Shown here: in pieces, positions 9,910-19,289 of the stretch
Layout of the letters: each line of letters starts with the position of its first letter
How positions within the stretch are numbered: position 1 is the first letter of the stretch
From: Candidatus Sabulitectum sp.
GTDB taxonomy: Bacteria > Fermentibacterota > Fermentibacteria > Fermentibacterales > JCC-6
Assembly (NCBI GenBank): GCA_023139045.1
Contig: JAGLOJ010000017.1
Location: forward strand, 11,245-75,244
Reading direction: 5' to 3'
Length of the DNA stretch: 64,000 nucleotides
Made by a program: the position numbers and the translations under genes
Notes under the pieces: generated by a model
Told to the model about the DNA's origin: nothing
What the model saw: only the letters and a program-made list of their open reading frames with translations
Database searches by the model: none

Positions 9910-10721
9910 TATTCCACCCCCAGATACTTCGCAAGACTTTTAAAAATAATCGCCCCCGGTCCCGGCTGATCCTCGAGATCTTTCATTGAGGAATTCCGTC
10001 TCATATCTCCCCATGGACCCTGCATGTCAGGAGGGACCTGCCACAGGTGAAAACTTCGTTCAGGGTGAGGCATCATGGCAAGCACATTGCCGTCTGCATT
10101 CATAAGGGCAGCTACATCAAGCAAAGAACCGTTGGGATTCCCGGGCCAGCCATGAGGAGCTGAACCATCAACACCACAGTAGGTAAGGCCAATATGGCTC
10201 ATCACTCTATCCAGGTCTTCTTCCCGGAAGACAAATCGCCCCTCTGCGTGGGCAATGGGTACTGGAATTGGTTCTTCATTCATGGCGCAGAGCCAGGGGC
10301 ACTTTTCAACTGCCTCAGGTGCCGCCTTCAGGTGAATCCATCCCGACAGGTAACCGCTTCTGCCCGGTGCAAGATTTCCGGCCAGTGCTGCCTGTACAGA
10401 CCCGGGCTTCCAGCCGGGAACCAGGCCGCTTTCCAGCAGCACCTGTGCTCCATTGCAGATACCCAGAATTGGTTTCCCGTTAACCGCCTCTTCAAAAACA
10501 AGATCCATTATACTCTCCCGGGCAGCAATTACACCTGCTCTGATCCGGTCCTGAAAAGAGAATCCGCCTGGAAGCACATATGCATCAGCTCTGTTGTCTG
10601 AAAGTCTTTCAATATCGTTCCAATTGTAAATCCGGGCATCAATCCCCGAGTTCCTGAGTACTCTGGCAGTTTCAAATTCACAGTTGGATCCCGGAAATCT
10701 GATAACAGCAGCACGTGGCAT
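9909..10721 (-). CDS. purQ: Phosphoribosylformylglycinamidine synthase I (glutaminase subunit)
   Basis: Class-I amidotransferase with nucleophile motif ILGICNGAQVLLE and MMPHPERS. Adjacent to purL. Confidence 0.9.
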   Translation of the reverse strand: MPRAAVIRFPGSNCEFETARVLRNSGIDARIYNWNDIERLSDNRADAYVLPGGFSFQDRIRAGVIAARESIMDLVFEEAVNGKPILGICNGAQVLLESGLVPGWKPGSVQAALAGNLAPGRSGYLSGWIHLKAAPEAVEKCPWLCAMNEEPIPVPIAHAEGRFVFREEDLDRVMSHIGLTYCGVDGSAPHGWPGNPNGSLLDVAALMNADGNVLAMMPHPERSFHLWQVPPDMQGPWGDMRRNSSMKDLEDQPGPGAIIFKSLAKYLGVE

Positions 10722-13000
10722 CAGACGCCCTCCTCTCTCCAGATAACCGAAGCCAGTTTATCTGACCACTCTTTTCTTAAAGACTCCAGATCAACTGACC
10801 ACCCATTGCCCGAAACTGAGCATCCCATGCAAACCTTTCCGGCAACCGAAACAAATTCCGGCAGTGTAACATCTTCAACGAAACGAGAATCAACTTCCAC
10901 AAGATATCCCGGCGTCTCAGAGAAAAGAGTAACAGGATTTGAGTCAAGAGAAAACTCAATGCCAAGCTTTCTACTTGCAAGAGCCATCTCCGCCCCGGCA
11001 ACAGCAAGACCTCCTCCGCTGATATCGTGCACGGAATAAGCTCTCCTGTCATGAATCACTCCGAGAATCCAGTCAGCCATCCTTTTTTCCAGCGAACCCC
11101 TGAAAGTTGGAACTGTTCCTCCGTGATGACCAAGACAGGTGCGGTAGAAAAGACTTCCACCAAGTTCGTCTTTTCTGGTGCCTATAAGTAGAACAAGATT
11201 CCCTTCTTTTCGAAGTACTATATCAGTGGCTTTCCTGTGGTCATGAATCTTTCCGAAAACCGCAACAATCGGAGAGGGGGGAATGGCCTTTCCCCCGGTG
11301 GACTGATTGTAAAAACTCACATTGCCTGAAACAATAGGCAGTGGATAATCTCCTCCACTGAATCCCAGTGCGTTGCAAGCTTCTGCAATGCCTGCTACAG
11401 CCTGTTTGAACTGCCAGAAGGCTTTCGGATCTTCCGGGTTCCCGAAGTTCAGGCAGTCAGTGGCGCAAATTGGAGTAGCTCCGGTTGCTACAACATTTCT
11501 AACAGCCTCACCCACAGCGTGGGCTCCACCCAGGAATGGATCAAGTTCACCATACCAGGGATTACCATCTCCGCTTACAGCCAGCCCTGCACGAGAACCC
11601 TCCACAGGAACAGAAACACATGAATCAGCCTCTCCGGGTCTGAGCCTTGTAACGCCCTGCACCTCGGAATCGTAGTAAGACCAGATGTGTTTTCTGCTGC
11701 ATCCTGAAATAGAAGTCAGTATTCTGGTCAGGTCTTTCGAGGGATCACAGGGTCTTTGTGCAGGCTCCGGTGCTGCGTTGTCCATCGGACATTCTTCCCG
11801 CTGGTAAACAACACCCTCCGTTATGTAGTTGATAGGGGTTTCTGCAACATTCTCTCCCCGACATATGACGTTATACACAGGTTTGGAATTGAATCTTCCA
11901 ATAACCGCCGCCCGGCAGTTTGGAAAGAGCCTGGGTAATTCAAACTTTTCATTGTACACAGAAAGAATATCATCCACCACAGAAACTGGTACAGCCAGCC
12001 CGTATCTTTCCTGAGTTTCGCTGCAGGCAATCACCTCAGGTGGAAGATTCTTTATTGATACAGGCACCGCATCCAGATCCACATCGATACCCAATCCTCC
12101 GTGGGCTGCCAGCTCACTGGTAACACAGGCAATACCTCCGGCACCCAGATCCTTGAATCCGAATTTGACTCCTTTTTCAAACAGCATGTCAAGAACCGCC
12201 TGGTTAGCCTCTGAAAGCACTCTTTTCAGAAAGGGGTCAGCAACTTGAACAGATCCCATTCCCTGTTCACCATCCAGATCTGCACTTGCAAAAGTAGCAC
12301 CACCAAATCCTGTATTATCAGTGGGTTTGCCTGTAAGGACAAGAACGTAAGGTTCCTTGTGTGCCTCCTCTGGAACAAAACTGTGAATTATCCTGTCGTG
12401 TGGCACAACACCGAAAGCAACTACATTAACCAGACAGTTATCATCGTATCCAGGATGAAATTCTGTATCTCCGCCCATGTTGGGAACGCCAAGGGCGTTT
12501 CCGTACTTCCAGATACCCTCTACAACTCCTCTGACAATTCCCCGGGTTGCCTCACCCTTACTGCCCTCAGGATCACCGAAACGAAGCAGATCCATTGAGC
12601 CGGTAACCCTGGCACCCATGCAATAAACATCTCGGACGATTCCACCCACACCGGTTGCTGCTCCCTCGACGGGGAGAACCTGTGAAGGGTGATTGTGACT
12701 TTCGTGTGCAACAACAAGATCCCATTCTATGCCGTCCTGGTGGCAGAAACTGACCACACCGGCATCCTCTCCAGGTCCGATAACAACCCCTGGAGAATCA
12801 GTGGGCAGAGTGTTCAATACAGATTTAGAACTCTTGTAAGAACAATGCTCACTCCACATTGTGTCAAACAGATGAAACTCAAGCGGAGTCGGCATTCTAT
12901 CCACATAGCCGGCAAGTTTTTCTGCCTCTTCCACGGTCATCGCAAGACCGCGAGAGGATATGACATTCCTTAACTCTTCCCTGTCCGGTATTTTTGACAT
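10721..13000 (-). CDS. purL: Phosphoribosylformylglycinamidine synthase II
   Basis: 759 aa. PurL motifs VVAHESHNHPSQV and duplicated AIR-synthase-like domains (DLGAGGIACV.., DISGGGLAVA). Confidence 0.95.
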   Translation of the reverse strand: MSKIPDREELRNVISSRGLAMTVEEAEKLAGYVDRMPTPLEFHLFDTMWSEHCSYKSSKSVLNTLPTDSPGVVIGPGEDAGVVSFCHQDGIEWDLVVAHESHNHPSQVLPVEGAATGVGGIVRDVYCMGARVTGSMDLLRFGDPEGSKGEATRGIVRGVVEGIWKYGNALGVPNMGGDTEFHPGYDDNCLVNVVAFGVVPHDRIIHSFVPEEAHKEPYVLVLTGKPTDNTGFGGATFASADLDGEQGMGSVQVADPFLKRVLSEANQAVLDMLFEKGVKFGFKDLGAGGIACVTSELAAHGGLGIDVDLDAVPVSIKNLPPEVIACSETQERYGLAVPVSVVDDILSVYNEKFELPRLFPNCRAAVIGRFNSKPVYNVICRGENVAETPINYITEGVVYQREECPMDNAAPEPAQRPCDPSKDLTRILTSISGCSRKHIWSYYDSEVQGVTRLRPGEADSCVSVPVEGSRAGLAVSGDGNPWYGELDPFLGGAHAVGEAVRNVVATGATPICATDCLNFGNPEDPKAFWQFKQAVAGIAEACNALGFSGGDYPLPIVSGNVSFYNQSTGGKAIPPSPIVAVFGKIHDHRKATDIVLRKEGNLVLLIGTRKDELGGSLFYRTCLGHHGGTVPTFRGSLEKRMADWILGVIHDRRAYSVHDISGGGLAVAGAEMALASRKLGIEFSLDSNPVTLFSETPGYLVEVDSRFVEDVTLPEFVSVAGKVCMGCSVSGNGWSVDLESLRKEWSDKLASVIWREEGV

Positions 13001-13018
13001 ACTACCTTCCCATTTCGG

Positions 13019-14179
13019 TTATATCTCATAATAACCTTCAAATTCCATTAATTCCTGCGATCTCAATCGGTCGAGAAGACGCCTGGCGTCAAATCTGCTG
13101 CCCCCCTCGACTACAATGCTTCTCATTCCAATAGATCCCACATGGGTTCCGTTCCCGGCCTTCAGTATGGGCAGTTCTCCTCCAAGTTTTCCTGTCACCG
13201 ATTTCATTCCGTCGGCATCTGTTCCCGGGAGAAGAAGAATTATCGATCCCCTGCCCGTTCTGATACCAATATCAATATTACGAAGAGAGGCAATGAGATG
13301 TTTCGCAGCAACACCAATAATTTGTCTGGAAGTCAGAGTATCCATTTCAGCAGAATAGAGATTGAGCTCAATAACCGTTAGATTGCTCCCAAATCGCTCA
13401 ACCCGCTCAAGCTCATTTTCCAGAGTAGGCTCAAGAGCTGTTTTCCCCGCAAAACCAGTTTCAGGATCCAGACTTGAAGATCTGCCTAATCTTTCGAGTA
13501 CTCTCACATTTTCAAGTGCAGCAGCGCCTACAGCGGCAATAGCCCTCAGGGTTTCTTTTCTCAATATGCCGGCAGTCTCGAAAGAACCCGCAGTAATAAC
13601 ACCGTAGAGAACACCTTCCACCTGCATGGGGGCTGCATACTCCGGTTTAAAATCGGGAATATCGCTCATGATTATTTTTCTTCTAACAAGAACGCTTTCT
13701 TTCTCTAATTCATCTCTGAATAAAAGTCTTCCAGTCTCAGCGGCCATGCCGACAAAACCCTCACCAAGCCCCAGGTTTACATGTTTGTCTAATACATCTG
13801 AAAGCCCGGTAGATGCAGAAAGACTAAGTCGAACACCGGTTCGGTCAGCAAGAAAAACAGCCGATTCATCCGCCTTCAACAAATTCTGACAAGCCCTGTT
13901 AACGAAGCTCACCACTTCATCGCTGTCTCTACCGGCAAAAATCTTCTTAATGATATCTGGAAAGAGCAATATCAAGTCGCTTCCATCGCGCTCCAGCTTC
14001 TCGAGCACCTGCACTTGCAGCCTCAGTTTTGATACTTCACCGGTGGCTTTTCGGGCGGCACTTGTGAGCGCAGTTACAACTTCGGAGGTTGCTTTTCCCT
14101 TCTTTCGCATCAGATTCCAGCAAATAAAGTACACTACTGTAGCTCCCGAGACAAATCCGGCAATCAGTCCAACAACCAT
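13019..14179 (-). CDS. Membrane-anchored GAF domain protein with degenerate GGDEF-like C-terminal domain
   Basis: N-terminal TM helix (VVGLIAGFVSGATVVYFICW). GAF-like core (AVFLADRTG...GEGFVGMAAETGR). The C-terminal domain has GGDEF-fold spacing (LDPETGFAGK...ELERVERF...), but RTGRGSIILLLPGTD replaces R.GGDEF. Confidence 0.6.
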   Translation of the reverse strand: MVVGLIAGFVSGATVVYFICWNLMRKKGKATSEVVTALTSAARKATGEVSKLRLQVQVLEKLERDGSDLILLFPDIIKKIFAGRDSDEVVSFVNRACQNLLKADESAVFLADRTGVRLSLSASTGLSDVLDKHVNLGLGEGFVGMAAETGRLLFRDELEKESVLVRRKIIMSDIPDFKPEYAAPMQVEGVLYGVITAGSFETAGILRKETLRAIAAVGAAALENVRVLERLGRSSSLDPETGFAGKTALEPTLENELERVERFGSNLTVIELNLYSAEMDTLTSRQIIGVAAKHLIASLRNIDIGIRTGRGSIILLLPGTDADGMKSVTGKLGGELPILKAGNGTHVGSIGMRSIVVEGGSRFDARRLLDRLRSQELMEFEGYYEI

Positions 14180-14207
14180 GATTCCCCCTTCCAGCAGTCC
14201 AAAAAGG

Positions 14208-15503
14208 TCAACTGAGCCCCAGTCTTCCCAGAATATATCCCTCGTTCCGCAGATGATTATCTATAGTACAGATATGACTAAGTTCGCCCTCAGGAACAAC
14301 CCCTTTTACTTCTCCCTGAGAAAGGGCGGCATCAGCAAAGGATTCACCGCTCTCCATGGCTCTCATGGCAATCTTCTGAACAAGAGCATAGGAGTCTTCT
14401 CTGGTAAGCCCATGCCTGACCATTGCAAGCATTATTGCCTGGGAAAAGTATCTGTCCCCGGCTTTCTCAACATTCTCTGCTACAGCATTCTCCATTATTC
14501 TCAGTCCGGATGCCAGATCTGCTGCTTTACGGAGACCATAAAGGGTCACACCACAGGCATCAGGAAAAATAAACCGCTCGGCAGCTGAATGACTTATATC
14601 TCTTTCATGCCACAAGGGTGTATTCTCCAAACCAACCTGAAGGTAGCCGCGCAAAAGCCGAGCGAGGCCGCAAAGCCTCTCGCCTACAATAGGATTCCGC
14701 TTGTGTGGCATGGCACTGGATCCTTTCTGACCTTTGCCGAATCTTTCCTCTACCTCTCCAACTTCCGTTCTCTGAAGGTGTCTGCACTCTGTGGCAAACC
14801 TTTCCATGGCACAGCCAATAGCAGCCAGAGCATAGAGGAACTGGGCGTGCCTGTCCCGTGCAACCACCTGTGTGGGTACTTCCTCCACACCGAGACCCAA
14901 TTTCTCACACACATATTCCTCAACTGAAGGATCAAGATATGCATAGGTGCCAACTGCACCTGAAACAGTGCCCACACATGAGGATGTAATGCTGCTCTCA
15001 AGTCTCTTCAGACAGCGCAGGTATTCGGAATAGTGTCCCGCAAATTTCAGCGCAAGGGTTGTAGGCTCTGCATTCATCCCATGAGTTCTTCCCATGCAGA
15101 CAATCCCCTTTGAACGCTGAACAAGCCCTTCAAGAGCTTCACCGTAGCTAACAAGGGCTTTCCTGATAAGGGCAGCTGAATCACGTATCTGCATGGCCAT
15201 ACAGGTATCAAGAATATCACTGGAGGTCATACCGTAATGAATATGACGGCTCTCAAGGCCCAGAGATTCTGAAACAGATGTAAGGAAGGCAATTACATCG
15301 TGCCGTGTTACTTTCTCAATTTCGTTGATTCTTTCCGTATTGAAAGATGCATTTTTTTTGATTCCTTCGAGATCTTCCTGAGGTACCAGACCTGCTCTGC
15401 ATCTGGCTTCCACTGCCAGAATCTCGATTTCAAGCCATCTGGAGTATCTTGCTTCTGTGGTCCATATCTCTGTCATTTCAGGTATAGCATATCTCTCTAT
15501 CAT
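14208..15503 (-). CDS. purB: Adenylosuccinate lyase
   Basis: Fumarate-lyase signature GSSAMPHKRNP. PurB-type N-terminus MIERYAIPEMTEIW chosen as the start; the longer ORF to 15554 would overlap the upstream gene. Confidence 0.9.
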   Translation of the reverse strand: MIERYAIPEMTEIWTTEARYSRWLEIEILAVEARCRAGLVPQEDLEGIKKNASFNTERINEIEKVTRHDVIAFLTSVSESLGLESRHIHYGMTSSDILDTCMAMQIRDSAALIRKALVSYGEALEGLVQRSKGIVCMGRTHGMNAEPTTLALKFAGHYSEYLRCLKRLESSITSSCVGTVSGAVGTYAYLDPSVEEYVCEKLGLGVEEVPTQVVARDRHAQFLYALAAIGCAMERFATECRHLQRTEVGEVEERFGKGQKGSSAMPHKRNPIVGERLCGLARLLRGYLQVGLENTPLWHERDISHSAAERFIFPDACGVTLYGLRKAADLASGLRIMENAVAENVEKAGDRYFSQAIMLAMVRHGLTREDSYALVQKIAMRAMESGESFADAALSQGEVKGVVPEGELSHICTIDNHLRNEGYILGRLGLS

Positions 15504-15516
15504 AAGAACTCCTAAA

Positions 15517-15840
15517 CTAATGCGGCATAACCGCACCGGAAGTGAGCCCGGCATAAATCCAGGCGAATAATGACTTTTCAGGAACGTAAATTCTGTACCA
15601 GTCCGGCGCCTCGCCTGTGACTAAAAGGCTGTCTCCAGCACAGGCTGAACCAACTATGGCATACTGGGTACCGGGTCCCTGCCTCAGATTGACCACCCTT
15701 CCTGTAACAAGTACCGTCTGAAAGGGATTGGATACGGGAACGATCTGACCTGTATTTTCAGCAGTATCCTCTCCGGTAAGCGTTTTGCCGCACCCGCCAG
15801 AAATGGTCATAATAGATAGCATAATTAAAAAAAACTTCAT
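15517..15840 (-). CDS. SH3b-domain lipoprotein
   Basis: Signal/lipobox MKFFLIMLSIMTISGGC. SH3_3-like VVNLRQGPGTQYAIVGSACAGDSLLVTGEAPDWYRI. Confidence 0.6.
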   Translation of the reverse strand: MKFFLIMLSIMTISGGCGKTLTGEDTAENTGQIVPVSNPFQTVLVTGRVVNLRQGPGTQYAIVGSACAGDSLLVTGEAPDWYRIYVPEKSLFAWIYAGLTSGAVMPH

Positions 15841-15848
15841 TGATCCTC

Positions 15849-17579
15849 TCAAAAACTGCAAAGCAGATATGGTATGAGACCGGCAATTGCCAGACTCCCG
15901 TCAGAAATTACTCTTACCGATAATTCAGATGGAAATGATTCTTTTTCCAGGTGGATGTATTCCCATACAAGAAGAACCGGGGCAAAGACAAAACCCAGTG
16001 CACATGGTGGGAACTTCCCAAGCAGTACTGCGGTTATCTGCATCAATCCACCGGCTGTAGCGCATGCAAGCAGGATCTTCCTGCACCTTACTGCCCCGAG
16101 GTACAATGGAAGAGTATCCATTCCGAGAAGTGCATCCCCCTGCAGATCCACAAGATCCAAAAACAAAGACCTGCTGAAAAACAGAAAGGCAAGAGATACC
16201 GGCCAGATGAATAATCTCAGGCTGAAGTCTAATCCTGCAAGAGACACCGCCGGAAGAATACAGACAAGAAAACTCCATGCAAGAGTAAACAATATCTCAC
16301 GAGACCCTGGTATGGTGCGAAGCAGATCAAAGAAGTGACTCTCCCTTAGAAGAGGCAGAGCGTACAGGAAGCAGAAGAGGGAAGCCACTGCGGTCCACAA
16401 AACCCAGGCAGCACCAAGCATAAAGGAAAAAACACCTGCACCGGTAAAACTCAGAGCAGCAAGGATGAGCATGCATCGTTCATGTGCACTGATGAATTCC
16501 TGCCTTTTCTGGCTTGTCATAGTCACCTGTCTGCATTCCAGAACGGCGGTGAAATTGGTGAATGACCACAAAAGAAGACCTGCAGCAAGACCTGCTGTTC
16601 CCCAGCCGGTGCCACCCAGTGTATTCCCCTGAGCCATGGCAATCACTAAGGCGATAAATGGAATATGCACGCCGCTGAATATCAGACTTCTGAATATTTT
16701 GCGGATCCATCCGGCACCTGTCGACTCCCCCTGAATTTCCAGTAAACGCTCACGAACTTTTCTTATACTCCAGCCGGGAGTAGAGGCACCTGCTGACAAA
16801 AGAACCCGTCGGTACTGTCCCAGAGATTCTGCATCCAGTTCATTATGTGTTTCTATTTTAAAGACCGGCAGGCCTGTCTCACCGGCAATGGATGCCAGTC
16901 TTTCTGTATTCGCACTGTGGCGGCCTCCAACAATAACAACAGCATCAACCTTTCCGAGAAGTTCTCTAAGCTCCTTCTGGCGTCTTGCGGTTGAATCGCA
17001 GATTGTGTTTGAGGATTCAATTTCCGGCCATCTCTTCTTCAGTACTGAGAGAATTTCCGAGAATGCCTCACAGTTCTGCGTTGTCTGAGAAAGAAGAAAG
17101 GGTTTCTCAAGATCAGGAAGTTCATTGACATCATCAACTGATGAAATAACCCTTCCGGCAGAACCGGCAGATGAGAGGATTGCCTTTACTTCGTGGTGGC
17201 CGGAGTCACCGAAAATTATAACATCAAACCCGCTATTTGACATTTTGGCGGCAATTGCCAGAGCTCTTCCAACCCGTGGGCAGGTAAGATCCTTTAACTT
17301 GAGCGGAAGCTTTCTCAGTAGAGAACGTTCTTCCACGGTAACTCCGTGGGTTCTCAAAAAGAGAGTGCCGCCACTCTCATCCCACGGTTCCGGGGATGTA
17401 CCCACTCCTCTGTCTTTCAAGGCTTCAATAACCTGGGGGTTGTGAACAAGGGGGCCGTAAACGCGAAAGGGGCCTTCACCCCTTTTAATTTCAGTAACAA
17501 CACTGTCAACAGCCCGGCGCACCCCCCAGCAGAAACCTGCTGTCTTTGCAACTATGACACTCATAGGGCAAAGATACAA
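15849..17579 (-). CDS. ispH: 4-hydroxy-3-methylbut-2-enyl diphosphate reductase (IspH/LytB) fused to a C-terminal polytopic UbiA-like membrane domain
   Basis: N-terminal ~285 aa carry the three IspH cluster cysteines in context (GFCWGV, LTCPRV, NTICDST) plus HSANT and GASTP. The C-terminal ~290 aa are hydrophobic with an Asp-rich motif DLVDLQGDALLGMDTLPLYLG. The start may be the Met at 17564 (MSVIVAK..). Confidence 0.85.
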   Translation of the reverse strand: MYLCPMSVIVAKTAGFCWGVRRAVDSVVTEIKRGEGPFRVYGPLVHNPQVIEALKDRGVGTSPEPWDESGGTLFLRTHGVTVEERSLLRKLPLKLKDLTCPRVGRALAIAAKMSNSGFDVIIFGDSGHHEVKAILSSAGSAGRVISSVDDVNELPDLEKPFLLSQTTQNCEAFSEILSVLKKRWPEIESSNTICDSTARRQKELRELLGKVDAVVIVGGRHSANTERLASIAGETGLPVFKIETHNELDAESLGQYRRVLLSAGASTPGWSIRKVRERLLEIQGESTGAGWIRKIFRSLIFSGVHIPFIALVIAMAQGNTLGGTGWGTAGLAAGLLLWSFTNFTAVLECRQVTMTSQKRQEFISAHERCMLILAALSFTGAGVFSFMLGAAWVLWTAVASLFCFLYALPLLRESHFFDLLRTIPGSREILFTLAWSFLVCILPAVSLAGLDFSLRLFIWPVSLAFLFFSRSLFLDLVDLQGDALLGMDTLPLYLGAVRCRKILLACATAGGLMQITAVLLGKFPPCALGFVFAPVLLVWEYIHLEKESFPSELSVRVISDGSLAIAGLIPYLLCSF

Positions 17580-17804
17580 AAAAACCGGTTGTTTCCGTTA
17601 ATCGTGCGTGCCAGGCAAGGCCAGTCCAGACCAGACGCAGCACTAGAAGCGTGTCTGACAATGGGCGTTGAGTAGAAAGGCTGCACGGTCGAGTTAGAAT
17701 TCTTGGAGATTTGAGGAGCATAGCACCGCTATTTGACAATAATCTACGAGGATTATAGCCGACTGTGAAGCTTTTATGCCGATGCTGCATTCCCGGTCAC
17801 GCTC

Positions 17805-18419
17805 CTAGAATGTCGCTTTAAGCAAACCCCATGTTATGTCTTCAAAAGAACTGCCTGAGGCTGTGGCCAGAACAGAAATCAGGTAGTCACCCATTTCGCC
17901 CCAGGGTTCCCAGGCAACGAAATCGTCACTGTAAAAACTGTGAGTTCCCGGAGTAGAGTCACCGAGAACAGCAGGCCATCCGCCGGAACTCATCTCGGTG
18001 TTCGCAAGTACCCAGAAATTACCGCCGGCCCCTACCGGTGTTGAATAAACAGTGCCGACTGGTGCAAAGTGAACAGCTGTGACCAGTGTCTGATCAAGCT
18101 GGGTAAGAGGTTGTGTTGCATCGCCGTCCCATATCTCGATGTAAACATCGGATGTATCCCATGGGTACATTGAGTGGTGAAAAAACCAGAATTCTGATTC
18201 TTCAATAAGAGCTGTATTTGTTCCGGAAACGAAACTACCGGTATTGAACCACACACCCCTGTACACACCTCCCCATGTGAGCCAGGCGGCAGTACCATCA
18301 TCATAAACGAGCCAGTCGGCATCTGTTCTCTGGATTGGATCGGAATTAACTGGAACCTGAACCTGATCTGCCGAAGCGACCAGAGAGAGAACAACAAGAA
18401 TAGCAGTTGCCAGCCTCAT
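17805..18419 (-). CDS. Small secreted protein, paralogue family A, C-terminal TWGLLKATF
   Basis: 204 aa with signal peptide MRLATAILVVLSLVASA. Clearly homologous to 18542..19183 (DADWL.YDDGT..W...G.YRGVWFN, PWD.SDVY.EIWDG). AGGAGAGTC-ATG ribosome-binding region identical to the paralogue's. Confidence 0.7.
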   Translation of the reverse strand: MRLATAILVVLSLVASADQVQVPVNSDPIQRTDADWLVYDDGTAAWLTWGGVYRGVWFNTGSFVSGTNTALIEESEFWFFHHSMYPWDTSDVYIEIWDGDATQPLTQLDQTLVTAVHFAPVGTVYSTPVGAGGNFWVLANTEMSSGGWPAVLGDSTPGTHSFYSDDFVAWEPWGEMGDYLISVLATASGSSFEDITWGLLKATF

Positions 18420-18486
18420 GACTCTCCTTTCTTCTCTGTTTTGTAGCAGAAACCTGCTGCCCGGTTGTTTTTACTTATAACGGAGA

Positions 18487-18510
18487 GGCCGGCTCCCGAA
18501 GGAACCGGCC
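18487..18510 (-). terminator. GC-rich hairpin between the two family-A paralogues (possible terminator or attenuator)
   Basis: GGCCGGCTCC-CGAA-GGAACCGGCC forms 9 of 10 bp with a tetraloop, about 30 nt after the stop at 18542. No clear U-tract, hence low confidence. Confidence 0.35.
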
Positions 18511-18541
18511 AGAACAATTCACTTTATTCCAGCAAGTATGA

Positions 18542-19183
18542 CTAGAATATAGCCTTGATTGAACCCCAACTGGTGTTGTCGAAGCTCATGGGGATGAGGT
18601 CGGCATAAACGCGCATCATGAAGTTGAGTGGATCGTCAGGATGGATGAAGGGTTCCCAGATGATCATATCTTCACTGCCAAAGGAGTGGGGTGTCTGCCC
18701 AACATTGGGACCCTTATCCATGTAGCTTGATGGGTATCCGGCACCGCTCATCTCGAGATTGATAACAGTCCAGAAATCGTTGGCAACTGTAGTAATCGGG
18801 GCTGATGCGTAATCTACGTACATAGCAGTATTATGGACGGCTGTGATAGTTGTCTGGTCGCGCCGACCGGTAGGACTCGGACCTGTTGGTACTCCATCCC
18901 AGATTTCAAAGTAGACATCTGATATATCCCATGGCCTTGTTGATCCATGGCAGAACCAGACCTCGGCCTTAAGTATTTCAGCCTGCCCCATACTGGTATT
19001 AAAATCTTCTACGTTGAACCAGACACCTCTGTACATACCGCCGGTCAAGTACCAGTGAGGCGTTCCATCATCGTACGTAAGCCAATCAGCGTCTGTTTCG
19101 ATCGGGCCGGAATTACATACGGCGAACTCGCCGGCGAAAGCCGCAAATGAAAGTACAGCAAGAATTGCTATTGCCTTCTTCAT
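18542..19183 (-). CDS. Small secreted protein, paralogue family A, C-terminal SWGSIKAIF
   Basis: 213 aa with signal peptide MKKAIAILAVLSFAAFA. Tandem paralogue of 17805..18419. Confidence 0.7.
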   Translation of the reverse strand: MKKAIAILAVLSFAAFAGEFAVCNSGPIETDADWLTYDDGTPHWYLTGGMYRGVWFNVEDFNTSMGQAEILKAEVWFCHGSTRPWDISDVYFEIWDGVPTGPSPTGRRDQTTITAVHNTAMYVDYASAPITTVANDFWTVINLEMSGAGYPSSYMDKGPNVGQTPHSFGSEDMIIWEPFIHPDDPLNFMMRVYADLIPMSFDNTSWGSIKAIF

Positions 19184-19289
19184 GACTCTCCTTTCTTCTT
19201 TAGTTTGAGTAGCACGAACCCCTTTAACTTCTGCATCACGGTCAAAACATTCTGCTTATTTCCAACCATGTCAAGCCCCTGAAACAGGG

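Noticed and set aside
17580-17804. A 225-bp intergenic gap upstream of ispH, examined as a possible structured RNA (SRP/4.5S, 6S, RNase P fragment, riboswitch).
   Set aside because: It contains only short imperfect hairpins (for example CAGACGC..GCGTGTCTG). I could not match any conserved core motif of those RNAs on either strand. It is probably promoter/leader sequence, and a covariance-model scan (Rfam) would be needed to say more.
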